From an uncultured SAR92 cluster bacterium (GTDB lineage: Bacteria > Pseudomonadota > Gammaproteobacteria > Pseudomonadales > Porticoccaceae), in assembly GCA_902604945.1 (NCBI GenBank), contig CACLAG010000002.1, forward strand, positions 3,893 to 67,892: DNA of 64,000 bases. Direction: 5' to 3'. This document shows, piece after piece, positions 1 through 9,950 of this stretch. A program made the position numbers and the translations under genes. The notes under the pieces were generated by a model. It was not told the DNA's origin. It saw nothing but the letters and a program-made list of their open reading frames with translations, and made no database searches. How positions within the stretch are numbered: position 1 is the stretch's first letter; each line of letters opens with the position of its first letter.

Positions 1-584
1 ATAATAGTTAAAAATACGTAAATCTTAAAAAGCGCGTTCGCTGTTTCTGCAATTCGTGGTGTAAGCTTGGTATCCTTCACAGGCCCAGGCGTTTCAGCTT
101 TATAGATTTGCATTCCTCCTACGCCAATCATTGGGAGGATAGAGACCGCTATGACTACTATTCCAATGCCACCCAGCCATTGGAGCTGCTGGCGATAATA
201 AAGCACAGACTTAGGAAGGTTCTCTATTTGAGTAAATATGGTTGCTCCTGTTGTAGTCAATCCTGAGATAGATTCAAAAATTGCGTCTATAAAAGATAGT
301 TTGGTTTCTTGTAATAATGCGAAAGGTAGAGCGCCGAATGCACTCAAGACCAGCCAAAAAAGAACGGTTACTATGAAGCCATCTCTAATGCGAAGCTCAC
401 CGTTCATATTTCTTGATGGGAACCAGAGAATGAAGCCTATGAATATCGTTATAGTGAAAGCGAGAAAAAACATTGGCAATGTATTTTCTTGATATATTGT
501 CGCAAAAATAATTGGAATTAGCATGCTGACGCTGAAGACCATCAACATCATTCCTAGAACTCTTGCTACGAAAGCTAAGTGCAT
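1..584 (-). CDS. trkH: Trk-type K+ uptake membrane subunit TrkH, N-terminal ~194 codons (gene runs off the left edge)
   Basis: Not in the ORF track because there is no stop in the window. The reverse complement of 582-584 is ATG. I checked the frame by hand and it is open to position 1. Translation starts MHLAFVARVLGMMLMVFSVSMLIPIIFATIYQENT and contains GGMQIYKAETPGP (codons at about 81-119), a TrkH-family style motif. It starts 13 nt after the trkA stop. Confidence 0.88.
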   Translation of the reverse strand, partial: MHLAFVARVLGMMLMVFSVSMLIPIIFATIYQENTLPMFFLAFTITIFIGFILWFPSRNMNGELRIRDGFIVTVLFWLVLSAFGALPFALLQETKLSFIDAIFESISGLTTTGATIFTQIENLPKSVLYYRQQLQWLGGIGIVVIAVSILPMIGVGGMQIYKAETPGPVKDTKLTPRIAETANALFKIYVFLTI

Positions 585-597
585 TTTATATCAGATC

Positions 598-1980
598 TCA
601 GAATAGATTGGGTTCAGCTGCGAAAAGTTTTTCGACAGCTTTTGTTTTATTTTTATTGATTACCACAACTATTACATGATCGTTATTTTTTATGATTACA
701 TCGTGATGGGCTATGATCACTTCACTGTCCCTGACGAGCGCAGCTACCGTCGTCCCAACTGGCATGACCAGGTTTCCAATCTCTTTTCCAACAACTTTTG
801 AATTATTAACATCACCATGAACAATAAACTCTAGAGCTTCAGCGGCGCCTCTTCTAAGGGAGTGGACAACTCCAGTATCTCCTTTTCTCACATGTGCTAG
901 AACTGAGCTTGTAGTTGCCAATTGAGGTGAGATTGCGACATCAATTTCCCCACCCTGCATTAAATTAGCATAAACGGGATTTGTTATTAGTGTCATCACC
1001 TTTTTGGCGCCTAGTCGTTTTGCAAGTAAAGATGCCATAATGTTTACTTCGTCATCATTTGTAAGCGCGATGAATACATCTGTTTTATCTATGTTTTCGT
1101 CAAGGAGTAATTCTTGGTCAGAGGCCGATCCACTCAATACTACGGTATGGTTTAACTGTTCAGACAAAAAAGTTGCTCGTTCTAAATTTACTTCTATTAT
1201 TTTAATGTTCAGTGAACTTTCCAGCGCAACAGCTAACCGATAACCAATATTTCCACCACCCGCTATTATAATGCGTTTATAGGGTCTTTCTGCTTTTCTA
1301 AGTTCACTCATTACTTTCTTAATATTTTTCTTTGCAGCTATAAAGAATACCTCGTCACCATCCTCGATAATCGTTTCACCCGAAGGAACGATCGCTTTAT
1401 TTCGACGGTAAATAGCTGCTACTCGGGCGTCAGCTTTTGGGACATGTTCCTTCAGTGTTTTGATTTTCTGATCTACCAGAGGGCTGTTTTTTGTTGCTCT
1501 CATACCGATCATTCGGATTACCCCATCAGCAAAATCAAGCACCTGGAGAGCACCAGGTTGCTCGACCAACTTTCTAACATAGTCTGTTACAGCCTGCTCT
1601 GGTGCAATTAGGACATCAACAGGCATATTGCTGTCAGAAAAAAGCAAATCTTTGTAGTCCTTATTGAAGTAGTTTCTCGCCCGTATTCTTGCTATTTTCT
1701 TGGGTGTATCAAAAATAGAATGAGCGACTTGGCAAGCGACTATGTTTATTTCATCACTATTAGTGACTGAGACCAGCATATCAGCATCCTCAATCCCTGC
1801 AGCGAGTAAAATGTCTGGATGACAACCAGTACCCGTTACTGTTCGAATATCATGATGATCTTGAATGAATTGGAGACGAGTCTCATCGAGGTCAATTAGG
1901 GTAATATCATGGTATTCCCTGGCTAAGTTTTCTGCCAAGGTTGATCCCACCTGCCCCGCGCCTATAATTATAATTTTCAT
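598..1980 (-). CDS. trkA: Trk system K+ uptake protein TrkA (tandem NAD-binding RCK domains)
   Basis: 460 aa. Two Rossmann GxGxxG motifs (IIIIGAGQVGSTLA and IIIAGGGNIGYRLA). Conserved position next to rsmB-fmt-def and trkH. Confidence 0.93.
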   Translation of the reverse strand: MKIIIIGAGQVGSTLAENLAREYHDITLIDLDETRLQFIQDHHDIRTVTGTGCHPDILLAAGIEDADMLVSVTNSDEINIVACQVAHSIFDTPKKIARIRARNYFNKDYKDLLFSDSNMPVDVLIAPEQAVTDYVRKLVEQPGALQVLDFADGVIRMIGMRATKNSPLVDQKIKTLKEHVPKADARVAAIYRRNKAIVPSGETIIEDGDEVFFIAAKKNIKKVMSELRKAERPYKRIIIAGGGNIGYRLAVALESSLNIKIIEVNLERATFLSEQLNHTVVLSGSASDQELLLDENIDKTDVFIALTNDDEVNIMASLLAKRLGAKKVMTLITNPVYANLMQGGEIDVAISPQLATTSSVLAHVRKGDTGVVHSLRRGAAEALEFIVHGDVNNSKVVGKEIGNLVMPVGTTVAALVRDSEVIIAHHDVIIKNNDHVIVVVINKNKTKAVEKLFAAEPNLF

Positions 1981-1993
1981 TTTCTTCGATTGA

Positions 1994-3283
1994 TTATAGC
2001 TTAATTAATCTAGCATAGTAGAAACCGTCATGCTCTTTTTCTTCAGGAAAAAGTTGCCGCCCAAATTCTGTCTCAACGCCCCAAGTCTCATTAATATTTA
2101 ATATACTCGCATCTTTATGAGAAGTCATAAATTCCTTAATCACATTATCATTTTCCTCGGGCAATATAGAGCACGTAGCGTATAGAAAAACACCATTTTG
2201 TTTCAGGGTAGGCCAGAGAGCAGATATTAATTGTAATTGTCTCGTAGCTAAATTAGTAATATCAGATGCTTTTCTCAATAACTTTATATCTGGATTTCGT
2301 CTGATCACTCCGGTTCCCGAGCAAGGCGCATCTAGTAAGATTCTGTCAAATGGTATACTGTTCCACCAAGTATCAACATCACAGATGTCTGCTGCGAGCA
2401 AGTTGGGTTCTAAACGCAGCCTCTTCGCATTTGCTTTAACTTTTTCAAGCCTACTCTTGCTGATATCGATTGACAAAAGGGATTTGATATTTGGTTGTTG
2501 TTCAAGAATATGACATGTTTTGCCGCCTGGAGCGCAGCATGCATCCAGAACTAACTGCCCACTCTTTATATCTAAGAGGGGAGCTGCAAACTGAGCAGCT
2601 TCATCTTGGACGCTTACCGCTCCATCGCCAAAATTGGGAACTGTATCAATATGGATAGGTTCAATGATGCGAATTCCAACGGGGCTATATTTTGTACTAA
2701 TTGATTTAATAGAGAGTTTATCTAATGTTTTTAAGTAATTTTCTCTATCACCAAATTGATTATTAATACGCAATACTAATGGACCTGGGATATTATTATT
2801 GCTTATTATTTTCTTTGCCCTTGCCTCCCCCCAAGCGCGCTTAAACTTGATAACTAACCACTCAGGATGACTTTCTTGAATCGTGATATCAGTATTCAAA
2901 GATGCTAATATTTTTTTCTCATTTCGCTGAAACTCCCTTAATACAGCATTCACCAAACCTTTCGCCCAACTTCTTTTAATGTCGTCACACGCCGCTACGG
3001 TTTCATAAATAATTGCATGGCTTTGAATTCTCATCCGCATCAGTTGATAAATTCCCACCGTTAAGAGGGCATGAATAATAGGTTGTTTTAATGCTAATGA
3101 CTTACGCATTAGTTTATTGAGGATCGCCTCAATTTGTATATGCCATCTTGTGCACCCGAAACAAATTTCTTGCAACATTGCCTGGTCTTTTATCGCTACT
3201 TTTGTTTTGATTTCACTGAGACTTTCAGTTAAGGATTTTCCATTTAGAATATTAGAGATAACATATGCTGAGGCGGCTCTCAT
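1994..3283 (-). CDS. rsmB: 16S rRNA (cytosine967-C5)-methyltransferase RsmB
   Basis: NusB-like N-terminal part plus SAM-MTase motifs DACCAPGGKT and DAPCSGTGV. The ORF extends to 3331, but the internal ATG at 3283 (MRAASAYVISN...) matches the usual N-terminus and removes the overlap with fmt. The start is uncertain. Confidence 0.9.
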   Translation of the reverse strand: MRAASAYVISNILNGKSLTESLSEIKTKVAIKDQAMLQEICFGCTRWHIQIEAILNKLMRKSLALKQPIIHALLTVGIYQLMRMRIQSHAIIYETVAACDDIKRSWAKGLVNAVLREFQRNEKKILASLNTDITIQESHPEWLVIKFKRAWGEARAKKIISNNNIPGPLVLRINNQFGDRENYLKTLDKLSIKSISTKYSPVGIRIIEPIHIDTVPNFGDGAVSVQDEAAQFAAPLLDIKSGQLVLDACCAPGGKTCHILEQQPNIKSLLSIDISKSRLEKVKANAKRLRLEPNLLAADICDVDTWWNSIPFDRILLDAPCSGTGVIRRNPDIKLLRKASDITNLATRQLQLISALWPTLKQNGVFLYATCSILPEENDNVIKEFMTSHKDASILNINETWGVETEFGRQLFPEEKEHDGFYYARLIKL

Positions 3284-3308
3284 TGAGGGGATTGCTTTAT
3301 TAAATGTT

Positions 3309-4262
3309 TTAGTTTTCAAAAACGCATCCAACAGTGAAAAAAGATTTTCTTGATTTCAAAATTTCTTTGAATGACATTTTTGTTTTTCCAGGCATTTGTA
3401 AATTGGTTATAAGTAATTTACCGATATTACATTGCACAAGCAGACCCTCGTTATTTGCCGATAATATTTCACCCGGTTTAGCGGTTTCACTCGAATATTC
3501 CGTTAGATCTATGGCCTTTGCGACCCACACTTTTAATCTTGTATTTTTAAAATTTGAAAACATTACAGAAGTTGGATTGAATGCTCGAATTCTTCTCTCA
3601 AGAGTCATAGCGCTGTCGAACCAGTTTATTTGGCGCTCATTTTTCTTTATTTTATGTGCGTAACTAACCTCAACTTTGTTTTGACGGGCAGGATCCAAGT
3701 CATTAAGATTTATTTTAGTTAAAACTTTTAGAAGTAGCGTTGGTCCTAGAGACATCATTTTTGATTCGAGGCTTCCAGCGGAATCGTTAGTATCAATATC
3801 ACATTCACTCGTAGCTAGTATTGGCCCGGTGTCAAGACCCGCATCCATCTGCATAATGGAAACACCGGACTTCTTGTCTCCCGCCTCGATAGCTCTTTGG
3901 ATCGGTGCTGCGCCTCTCCATCGTGGCAATATTGAAGTGTGAACGTTAATGCACCCATAGCGTGGAATATCTAAAATTGCTTTTGGTATAATTAGCCCAT
4001 ATGCGACTACGATCAAAATTTCGGGAGCCAATTCTCTCAAAAAATTTATTTCAGTAGAGTTATTCAATGAATTGGGCTGTCTCACTGTCAGATTATTTTC
4101 TAGCGCTACCTTTTTGACTGGACTTGAAAGCTCTTTTCTTCCTCTGCCTGATGGACGATCGGGTTGAGTATAAATACAAACGACTTCATGATGAAAATTT
4201 TCCAATAGCGTTTTTAAGTGCTCAGCCGCAAAAGGAGGTGTTCCAGCAAAAATTATTTTCAA
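3309..4262 (-). CDS. fmt: Methionyl-tRNA formyltransferase
   Basis: 317 aa. MKIIFAGTPPFA N-terminus, HTSILPRWRGAAPIQRAI motif, def-fmt-rsmB order. Confidence 0.95.
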   Translation of the reverse strand: MKIIFAGTPPFAAEHLKTLLENFHHEVVCIYTQPDRPSGRGRKELSSPVKKVALENNLTVRQPNSLNNSTEINFLRELAPEILIVVAYGLIIPKAILDIPRYGCINVHTSILPRWRGAAPIQRAIEAGDKKSGVSIMQMDAGLDTGPILATSECDIDTNDSAGSLESKMMSLGPTLLLKVLTKINLNDLDPARQNKVEVSYAHKIKKNERQINWFDSAMTLERRIRAFNPTSVMFSNFKNTRLKVWVAKAIDLTEYSSETAKPGEILSANNEGLLVQCNIGKLLITNLQMPGKTKMSFKEILKSRKSFFTVGCVFEN

Positions 4263-4273
4263 ATTTCAATCTC

Positions 4274-4774
4274 TCAGTTTGCTTTATTTTTCTTCATTTT
4301 CTTTCGAATTAATTGCCTTTTTAGTGGGGAGAGGTAGTCAACAAACAATTTCCCATTGAGGTGGTCAATTTCATGTTGGATACATGTCGCCATCAAACCG
4401 GTGTACTCTGCTTTAAAAATATCACCATTGGCATCAGAAGCAGTAATGATAACGACGGATGGTCTTTCAATATTTTCTTGAACTCCGGGTATTGAGAGAC
4501 ATCCTTCAGTATATTCGGACAGAGTTTCGTCGACTATGGACATTTCTGGATTGATAAATATTTGTGGGTCTGAATAATCTTCAGAGAGGTCTATAACAAT
4601 TATTCTTGAATGGATATCCACTTGCGTAGCCGCCAAACCTATCCCTTTGGCGTCCTTCATTGTCTCCAACATATCATTTATTGTTAATCTTAGATTTTGA
4701 TCAAACTTTTTTACAGTCTTTGCCTGTTGCCTGAGATTAGGATTGGGGTACTTGAGAATTTGAAGTATTGACAT
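4274..4774 (-). CDS. def: Peptide deformylase
   Basis: 166 aa. The three deformylase motifs GIGLAATQV, EGCLS and HEIDHL are present. Confidence 0.96.
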   Translation of the reverse strand: MSILQILKYPNPNLRQQAKTVKKFDQNLRLTINDMLETMKDAKGIGLAATQVDIHSRIIVIDLSEDYSDPQIFINPEMSIVDETLSEYTEGCLSIPGVQENIERPSVVIITASDANGDIFKAEYTGLMATCIQHEIDHLNGKLFVDYLSPLKRQLIRKKMKKNKAN

Positions 4775-4966
4775 GATTCTTGGGATTTACCCTAAGCAAT
4801 AAAGAAACCCTTTCATTATATAGTATGGAAATATACCGATGCCATACCAATCGGGATTGAAAGTTATCTCCAAACAACCTTTTGAGGGCTAAAAACCATG
4901 TTAGTTTTCTTTGTTGCAGAAGCATATTCTATAAGGTAGTCTCCACTCTTTTGAGAGGAAAATGTT

Positions 4967-5470
4967 ATGTCACAACCGTTTGTATCTGTCTTGATGGGCT
5001 CTGACTCAGATCTTCCAATTATGGAGGCGAGTTTTGAGATTTTACGTAAGTTTGAGATTCCCTTTGAAGTAAAGGTTACTTCTGCGCACAGGACACCAAA
5101 AGCAACACATGATTTTGTCACTGATGCTGATCAGAGAGGTTGTGTAGCTTTTATTTGCGCTGCGGGAATGGCCGCTCATCTGGCTGGCGCAGTCTCAGCG
5201 ACTACCCTAAAGCCTGTTATTGGGGTGCCTATAAATGGATCTCTGGATGGTTTAGACTCACTTTTATCGACAGTTCAAATGCCAGGTGGGATACCAGTGG
5301 CAACAGTTGCAATTGGTAAGGCAGGAGCCAAAAATGCAGCTTATCTTGCAGCGCAGATCATAGGCGTTTCTAATCCAGGAATGCACCAAAAGCTCATAAA
5401 AGAGAGGGCTGATAATGCGGCCTCTATCATTGCTAAGGATGCAGCCCTGCAAGAATCTTTAAAAAAGTAA
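4967..5470 (+). CDS. purE: N5-carboxyaminoimidazole ribonucleotide mutase (class I PurE)
   Basis: 167 aa. SAHRTP motif and AAGMAAHLAG loop typical of class I PurE. There is no purK next to it. Confidence 0.92.
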   Translation: MSQPFVSVLMGSDSDLPIMEASFEILRKFEIPFEVKVTSAHRTPKATHDFVTDADQRGCVAFICAAGMAAHLAGAVSATTLKPVIGVPINGSLDGLDSLLSTVQMPGGIPVATVAIGKAGAKNAAYLAAQIIGVSNPGMHQKLIKERADNAASIIAKDAALQESLKK

Positions 5471-5479
5471 ATAGTTTAT

Positions 5480-6049
5480 ATGAGTTATGCTCAGGAGGAT
5501 TCACTGCTAACCAAAGCAGTAAACATTCTCAAAAAAAATGGAGTAATAAGTTATCCGACTGAGGGAGTCTGGGGGCTTGGTTGTGATCCTCTTTCGAGAC
5601 ATGCAGTAAATCGAATTTTGTCGTTAAAAAATAGAGCTGAGGCCAAAGGGCTAATATTAATTGGGTCTCGGCATGATCAATTTGCGAATTTGATTGAGAA
5701 ATTGAGTGATGAACATCGAGTCAGATTTATGCAAAATCTGTCACGGCCCACAACATGGATTTTGCCAACTAACAAAGAAATCCCTTGTTGGATAAGTGGA
5801 AACCATGAGTCTGTTGCCGTGAGAGTTACAGACCATCCAATTGCTCAAAAACTATGTTCTCATTTTGGACGGCCGATCGTCTCTACCTCATGCAATCCTC
5901 AGGGTGTTCAACCAGCAATTAATCAACAACAGGTGATTGATTACTTTGGAGACAAAGTCGACTTCATAGTCCCTGGCGATGTCGGGAATCCCGGCAGTGT
6001 AAGTGATATTATTGAACTTACTTCGAATAAGGTTATTAGATTAGGTTAA
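5480..6049 (+). CDS. tsaC: Threonylcarbamoyl-AMP synthase (YrdC/TsaC family)
   Basis: 189 aa. YPTEGVWGLGCDP YrdC-domain signature. Conserved neighbourhood with aroE/hemF/def. Confidence 0.88.
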   Translation: MSYAQEDSLLTKAVNILKKNGVISYPTEGVWGLGCDPLSRHAVNRILSLKNRAEAKGLILIGSRHDQFANLIEKLSDEHRVRFMQNLSRPTTWILPTNKEIPCWISGNHESVAVRVTDHPIAQKLCSHFGRPIVSTSCNPQGVQPAINQQQVIDYFGDKVDFIVPGDVGNPGSVSDIIELTSNKVIRLG

Positions 6050-6052
6050 ATA

Positions 6053-6952
6053 GTGGATAAAAAAGCAGTTAAAAATTATTTTATAAGCCTGCAAAACGAG
6101 ATTTCTACTGCGCTTAAATCAGTGGACAACAAGGAATTTTTCGTGGACAAATGGGACCGACCTGAGGGTGGTGGTGGAGAGAGTCGGATTTTTGCGGATG
6201 GAGATCTAATTGAAAAAGGAGGTGTGAATTTTTCGCATGTTCTTGGCGAGACTATGCCTTCTGCCGCCACTGCTAAAAGACCTGAGTTACTTGGTGCATC
6301 TTGGGAAGCGATGGGGGTATCCCTCGTAATTCATCCTGAAAATCCTCACGTTCCAACTGCACATATGAACGTCCGATTTTTCTCTGCTAAAAAAGAGAGC
6401 TCTGAGACATGGTGGTTTGGTGGAGGATACGATCTAACGCCGTATTACGGATATGTGGATGATTGCACTCATTGGCACAGTACAGCAAAAAAAGTTTGCG
6501 ATGAATTTTCGGAAGATTTATATAAAAAGTTTAAGAAAAATTGTGACGATTATTTTTTTCTCCCACACAGAGATGAACCGCGTGGAATCGGCGGGATCTT
6601 TTTCGATGATTTCGATGAACTCGGATTTGAAAACAGTTTTAAATTCACTCGATCTTTGGGGAGCTCATTTCTTGATGCGTATATGCCAATTGTTAAAAGA
6701 CGAAAAAATACAGTCTACGGAGATATTGAGAGAAACTTCCAGTTATACCGAAGAGGTAGGTATGTTGAATTTAATTTATTGCGTGATAGAGGAACTTTGT
6801 TTGGACTGCAGAGTATGGGAAGAACGGAGTCCATTCTGATGTCAATGCCACCACTTGTGAAATGGGAATATGACTGGAAACCTTCAGAGGGATCCAAAGA
6901 GAAAGACCTTTATGATTTTTATTTAAAGCCTAAAAATTGGGTAGAACAATGA
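6053..6952 (+). CDS. hemF: Oxygen-dependent coproporphyrinogen III oxidase
   Basis: 299 aa, GTG start. [13 protein letters not shown] and [19 protein letters not shown] motifs. Confidence 0.94.
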   Translation: MDKKAVKNYFISLQNEISTALKSVDNKEFFVDKWDRPEGGGGESRIFADGDLIEKGGVNFSHVLGETMPSAATAKRPELLGASWEAMGVSLVIHPENPHVPTAHMNVRFFSAKKESSETWWFGGGYDLTPYYGYVDDCTHWHSTAKKVCDEFSEDLYKKFKKNCDDYFFLPHRDEPRGIGGIFFDDFDELGFENSFKFTRSLGSSFLDAYMPIVKRRKNTVYGDIERNFQLYRRGRYVEFNLLRDRGTLFGLQSMGRTESILMSMPPLVKWEYDWKPSEGSKEKDLYDFYLKPKNWVEQ

Positions 6953-7770
6953 AAAGATTTGCCGTATTTGGTAATCCTATAAAACATAGCTATTCCCCGA
7001 TAATACATTCATTGTTTGCCGAGCAGTTTGGTTTTGAAATTTGTTATGAAAAATGCTTGATAAATAAGGATGAATTTGTAGCCGAGGTAGAAAAGTTCTT
7101 TGACGATGGAGGTATGGGCCTCAATATCACTGTTCCTTTTAAACAAGAGGCTTATAGCTTTTTAAGTAATTTGACCGAAAGATCAACAGAAGCTGGCTCG
7201 GTGAATACGATAAAAAAGGATTATAACGGCAACCTGTGTGGCGATAATACTGATGGTTTAGGTTTAAAGGTTGATTTAGTGAAAAATTTAAAGTGGAACT
7301 TAAGCAATAAAAGGGTGTTAATCATAGGAGCTGGAGGGGCTACACGAGGTATTTTAAGAAGCTTGTTTAGCCTCAATCCAAGCCAAATAGTTATTGCTAA
7401 TCGAACTCCTGGCAAAGTTTTGTCGTTGCTTTCTCATTTTAAGAGTTTACATAATTTGAGTGGATGTTCCCTGGACAACTTACATAAAGAAGCTCCGTTT
7501 GATATTATTATTAATGCGACTAGTGCAAGTTTGAATAATGAAGATGTTTTTCTGTCTGATCGGATAATAAGTGAGGACGAGTTTTTTTGTTATGATTTAG
7601 CTTATTCGGACTCATTGACACCATTTCTTGATTGGGGTCTTAAGAGAGGTGCTCAGATTTCTGATGGAATCGGTATGCTAGTCGAGCAGGCCGCAGAATC
7701 TTTCTCTATTTGGTTAGACAAGGCTCCACAGACTGAAAGTGTAATAAAGTATTTAAAAAATAATTATTAA
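6949..7770 (+). CDS. aroE: Shikimate 5-dehydrogenase
   Basis: [24 protein letters not shown] and GAGGATRG motifs. I prefer the ATG at 6949 (ATGA overlap with the hemF stop) over the TTG at 6937 given in the track. Confidence 0.92.
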   Translation: MKRFAVFGNPIKHSYSPIIHSLFAEQFGFEICYEKCLINKDEFVAEVEKFFDDGGMGLNITVPFKQEAYSFLSNLTERSTEAGSVNTIKKDYNGNLCGDNTDGLGLKVDLVKNLKWNLSNKRVLIIGAGGATRGILRSLFSLNPSQIVIANRTPGKVLSLLSHFKSLHNLSGCSLDNLHKEAPFDIIINATSASLNNEDVFLSDRIISEDEFFCYDLAYSDSLTPFLDWGLKRGAQISDGIGMLVEQAAESFSIWLDKAPQTESVIKYLKNNY

Positions 7771-7777
7771 ATTTTCT

Positions 7778-8320
7778 TTAACCAAAATCTTTAATGTATT
7801 TATTCTTTAAGTTCACATAATTGCTTGTAGAGTATTTGAAAAAGGCTCTTTCTTTTTCGGTTATGGTGCGTAGCTTTCTGCACGGATTCCCAGCATATAC
7901 ATATCCTGCTTCTAATGTTTTGCCAGGGGGCACTAAAGCTCCAGCACCCACAATAGTGTGTTTGTCTACAACCGTCCCATCATTGATGATGGCACCATTG
8001 CCAATTAAAACCTCATTTTTAATGATGCATCCATGTAATATAGCCCCATGGCCAACAATTACATCGTCGCCTAGGTCTAATGGCCATCCGTCCTCATTAA
8101 ACACAGACGCATGAGTAATATGAAGGACCGCGTTGTCTTGGATGCATGTTCGATCCCCGATTTTTATTCTATGCATGTCCCCTCTAATAACTGCCCCTGG
8201 CCAAACTGAAACGTCATCACCTAACCTGACATTTCCTATAACTGTTGCGAGTCTATCGACAAAAACACGTTTGCCAAGAATGGGTGTTTGGTTTTCAAAT
8301 GTGCGAATAGGGTGATCCAT
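7778..8320 (-). CDS. Gamma-class carbonic anhydrase-like / left-handed beta-helix hexapeptide-repeat protein (YrdA-like)
   Basis: 180 aa with repeated [LIV]G-x4 hexapeptide pattern (IGDRTCIQDNAVLH, LGDDVIVGHGAILHG, IGNGAIINDG). Same neighbourhood as E. coli yrdA-aroE. Confidence 0.85.
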   Translation of the reverse strand: MDHPIRTFENQTPILGKRVFVDRLATVIGNVRLGDDVSVWPGAVIRGDMHRIKIGDRTCIQDNAVLHITHASVFNEDGWPLDLGDDVIVGHGAILHGCIIKNEVLIGNGAIINDGTVVDKHTIVGAGALVPPGKTLEAGYVYAGNPCRKLRTITEKERAFFKYSTSNYVNLKNKYIKDFG

Positions 8321-8364
8321 TTCGGTTTGCTCCGTATAATGCCTACACTGGCGGTTATGACTTT

Positions 8365-8604
8365 ATGAAATTTTTAACAAAAAAAAGATTCATTGCGGGG
8401 GTAGTTTGCCCCAAGTGTGGGCTATTAGACAAGCTGGTGACTTTTTCGAAAGACAATGTGAATTATAGGGAATGTGTAGTTTGTGGTTTCAAAGACGAGA
8501 TACGTATTTCATCATCACCCAATGAGTTAACAACCCGCGTAAACGTCAGTCAAAACCAAAAAGATCATGAAGTTAGTCCGGTGAGATTCGTTGATCCAAA
8601 ATGA
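8365..8604 (+). CDS. yheV: YheV-family small zinc-ribbon protein
   Basis: 79 aa. KRFIAGVVCPKCG...ECVVCG two CxxC pairs, matching the YheV layout. Confidence 0.75.
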   Translation: MKFLTKKRFIAGVVCPKCGLLDKLVTFSKDNVNYRECVVCGFKDEIRISSSPNELTTRVNVSQNQKDHEVSPVRFVDPK

Positions 8605-8791
8605 TTGAATATCCATTCAGTCACTTACGGTGCAAAATTTGGCAAATGTTAAGTATCACGCGGGATTTAATCGCTTTTTGGCTAGTGATTCGTATATAGA
8701 AATGATATTATATTGAAGTTAATTAGTAGAGCAGATACTACAATGTAACTTGCTTTGCAAACTAGCCTGACAAATCTTAGAGATAGCTCAA

Positions 8792-9937
8792 ATGAAAAAG
8801 CAAATTTTGCGTCACTACAATGCATTCCTGGCTTTCATCTTTTCCTGCCTGACATCGATAGGCGTGGCGGCTGAAAGCGGCCTTTGGAACCTCAACATGC
8901 CGCGCGGAGTTACTGAAGTTAGTAAGTCTGCATATGATGTTCACATGCTGATGATGTATGTTTGCATAGCGATAGGGGTCGTCGTATTCGGATTTATGTT
9001 CTATGTTATGTACGCTCATAGAAAATCGCGAGGGGTCAAGGCGGCAAACTTCCACGAAAATTTTACGGTAGAGGTAATATGGACAATAGTGCCGGCGATA
9101 ATACTTTTGGGTATGGCATTTCCTGCGACTACCTCACTGTTAAAAGTGTACGACACAGAAAATCCTGACATCGACATAAAAGTAACTGGATATCAATGGA
9201 AATGGCAGTACGAATACATTGGGGAAGGAATAAAATTCATGAGTGAGCTGCGTACGTCACAAGATGAGCAGTACGGGAGAGCAGCGAAAGGAGAACACTA
9301 TTTAAGGGAAGTAACACAGCCATTAGTGATCCCAACTAATAAGAAAGTTCGCTTCCTCATTACCGGTAACGATGTGATCCATAGCTGGTGGGTTCCCGAT
9401 TTTGCGGTGAAACGAGATGCTATACCAGGATTGTTTACTTCGGCTTGGGCAAAAACAGATCAACCAGGTGTTTATGTTGGAGCGTGCACAGAATTATGCG
9501 GTAAAGATCATTCAAGAATGCCTGTTGTTGTAGAGGTCAAGGAAGAAGCAGATTATTACGAGTGGCTTGCTGGAAAAAAGGCGGAGGCAGTACTTTATGA
9601 GTCCACAATAGGGAAAAATTGGTCAGACTCTGAACTGATGGCAAAGGGCGAGGAGATATACGGTATTTCCTGTGCAGGTTGTCATCAGGCCCAAGGAGAG
9701 GGTATAGCAGGAATATTCCCATCTTTGGTTGGCAGTTCAATTGTAACAGGACCCGTTGAAGATCATATAGGTATTCTTATTAACGGAGTTGCAGGATCTG
9801 CAATGCAGTCGTTCGCAGACCAATTGTCTGAAGTGGACATTGCCGCGGTTATTCACTACAAACGAAATTCTTGGGGGAACAATATGAATGATACTGTTCA
9901 ACCTTTAGATATTCTTAATTATAAGCAATCACGTTAG
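8792..9937 (+). CDS. coxB: Cytochrome c oxidase subunit II with fused C-terminal cytochrome c domain
   Basis: 381 aa. CuA site H-x34-CTELCGKDHSRM. C-terminal heme c motif CAGCH. Confidence 0.95.
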   Translation: MKKQILRHYNAFLAFIFSCLTSIGVAAESGLWNLNMPRGVTEVSKSAYDVHMLMMYVCIAIGVVVFGFMFYVMYAHRKSRGVKAANFHENFTVEVIWTIVPAIILLGMAFPATTSLLKVYDTENPDIDIKVTGYQWKWQYEYIGEGIKFMSELRTSQDEQYGRAAKGEHYLREVTQPLVIPTNKKVRFLITGNDVIHSWWVPDFAVKRDAIPGLFTSAWAKTDQPGVYVGACTELCGKDHSRMPVVVEVKEEADYYEWLAGKKAEAVLYESTIGKNWSDSELMAKGEEIYGISCAGCHQAQGEGIAGIFPSLVGSSIVTGPVEDHIGILINGVAGSAMQSFADQLSEVDIAAVIHYKRNSWGNNMNDTVQPLDILNYKQSR

Positions 9938-9950
9938 AGGTATTTTTTAG

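Noticed and set aside
238-492. 84-aa plus-strand ORF from the track
   Set aside because: It lies entirely inside the open minus-strand trkH frame that I verified by hand. It has no recognisable motifs and is a shadow ORF.
4775-4966. 192-nt def/purE divergent spacer checked for a purine or ZTP riboswitch and for small ORFs. purE also lacks an adjacent purK.
   Set aside because: No riboswitch-like conserved cores were seen. The only ORF is 17 codons. An unlinked purK is common and not anomalous.
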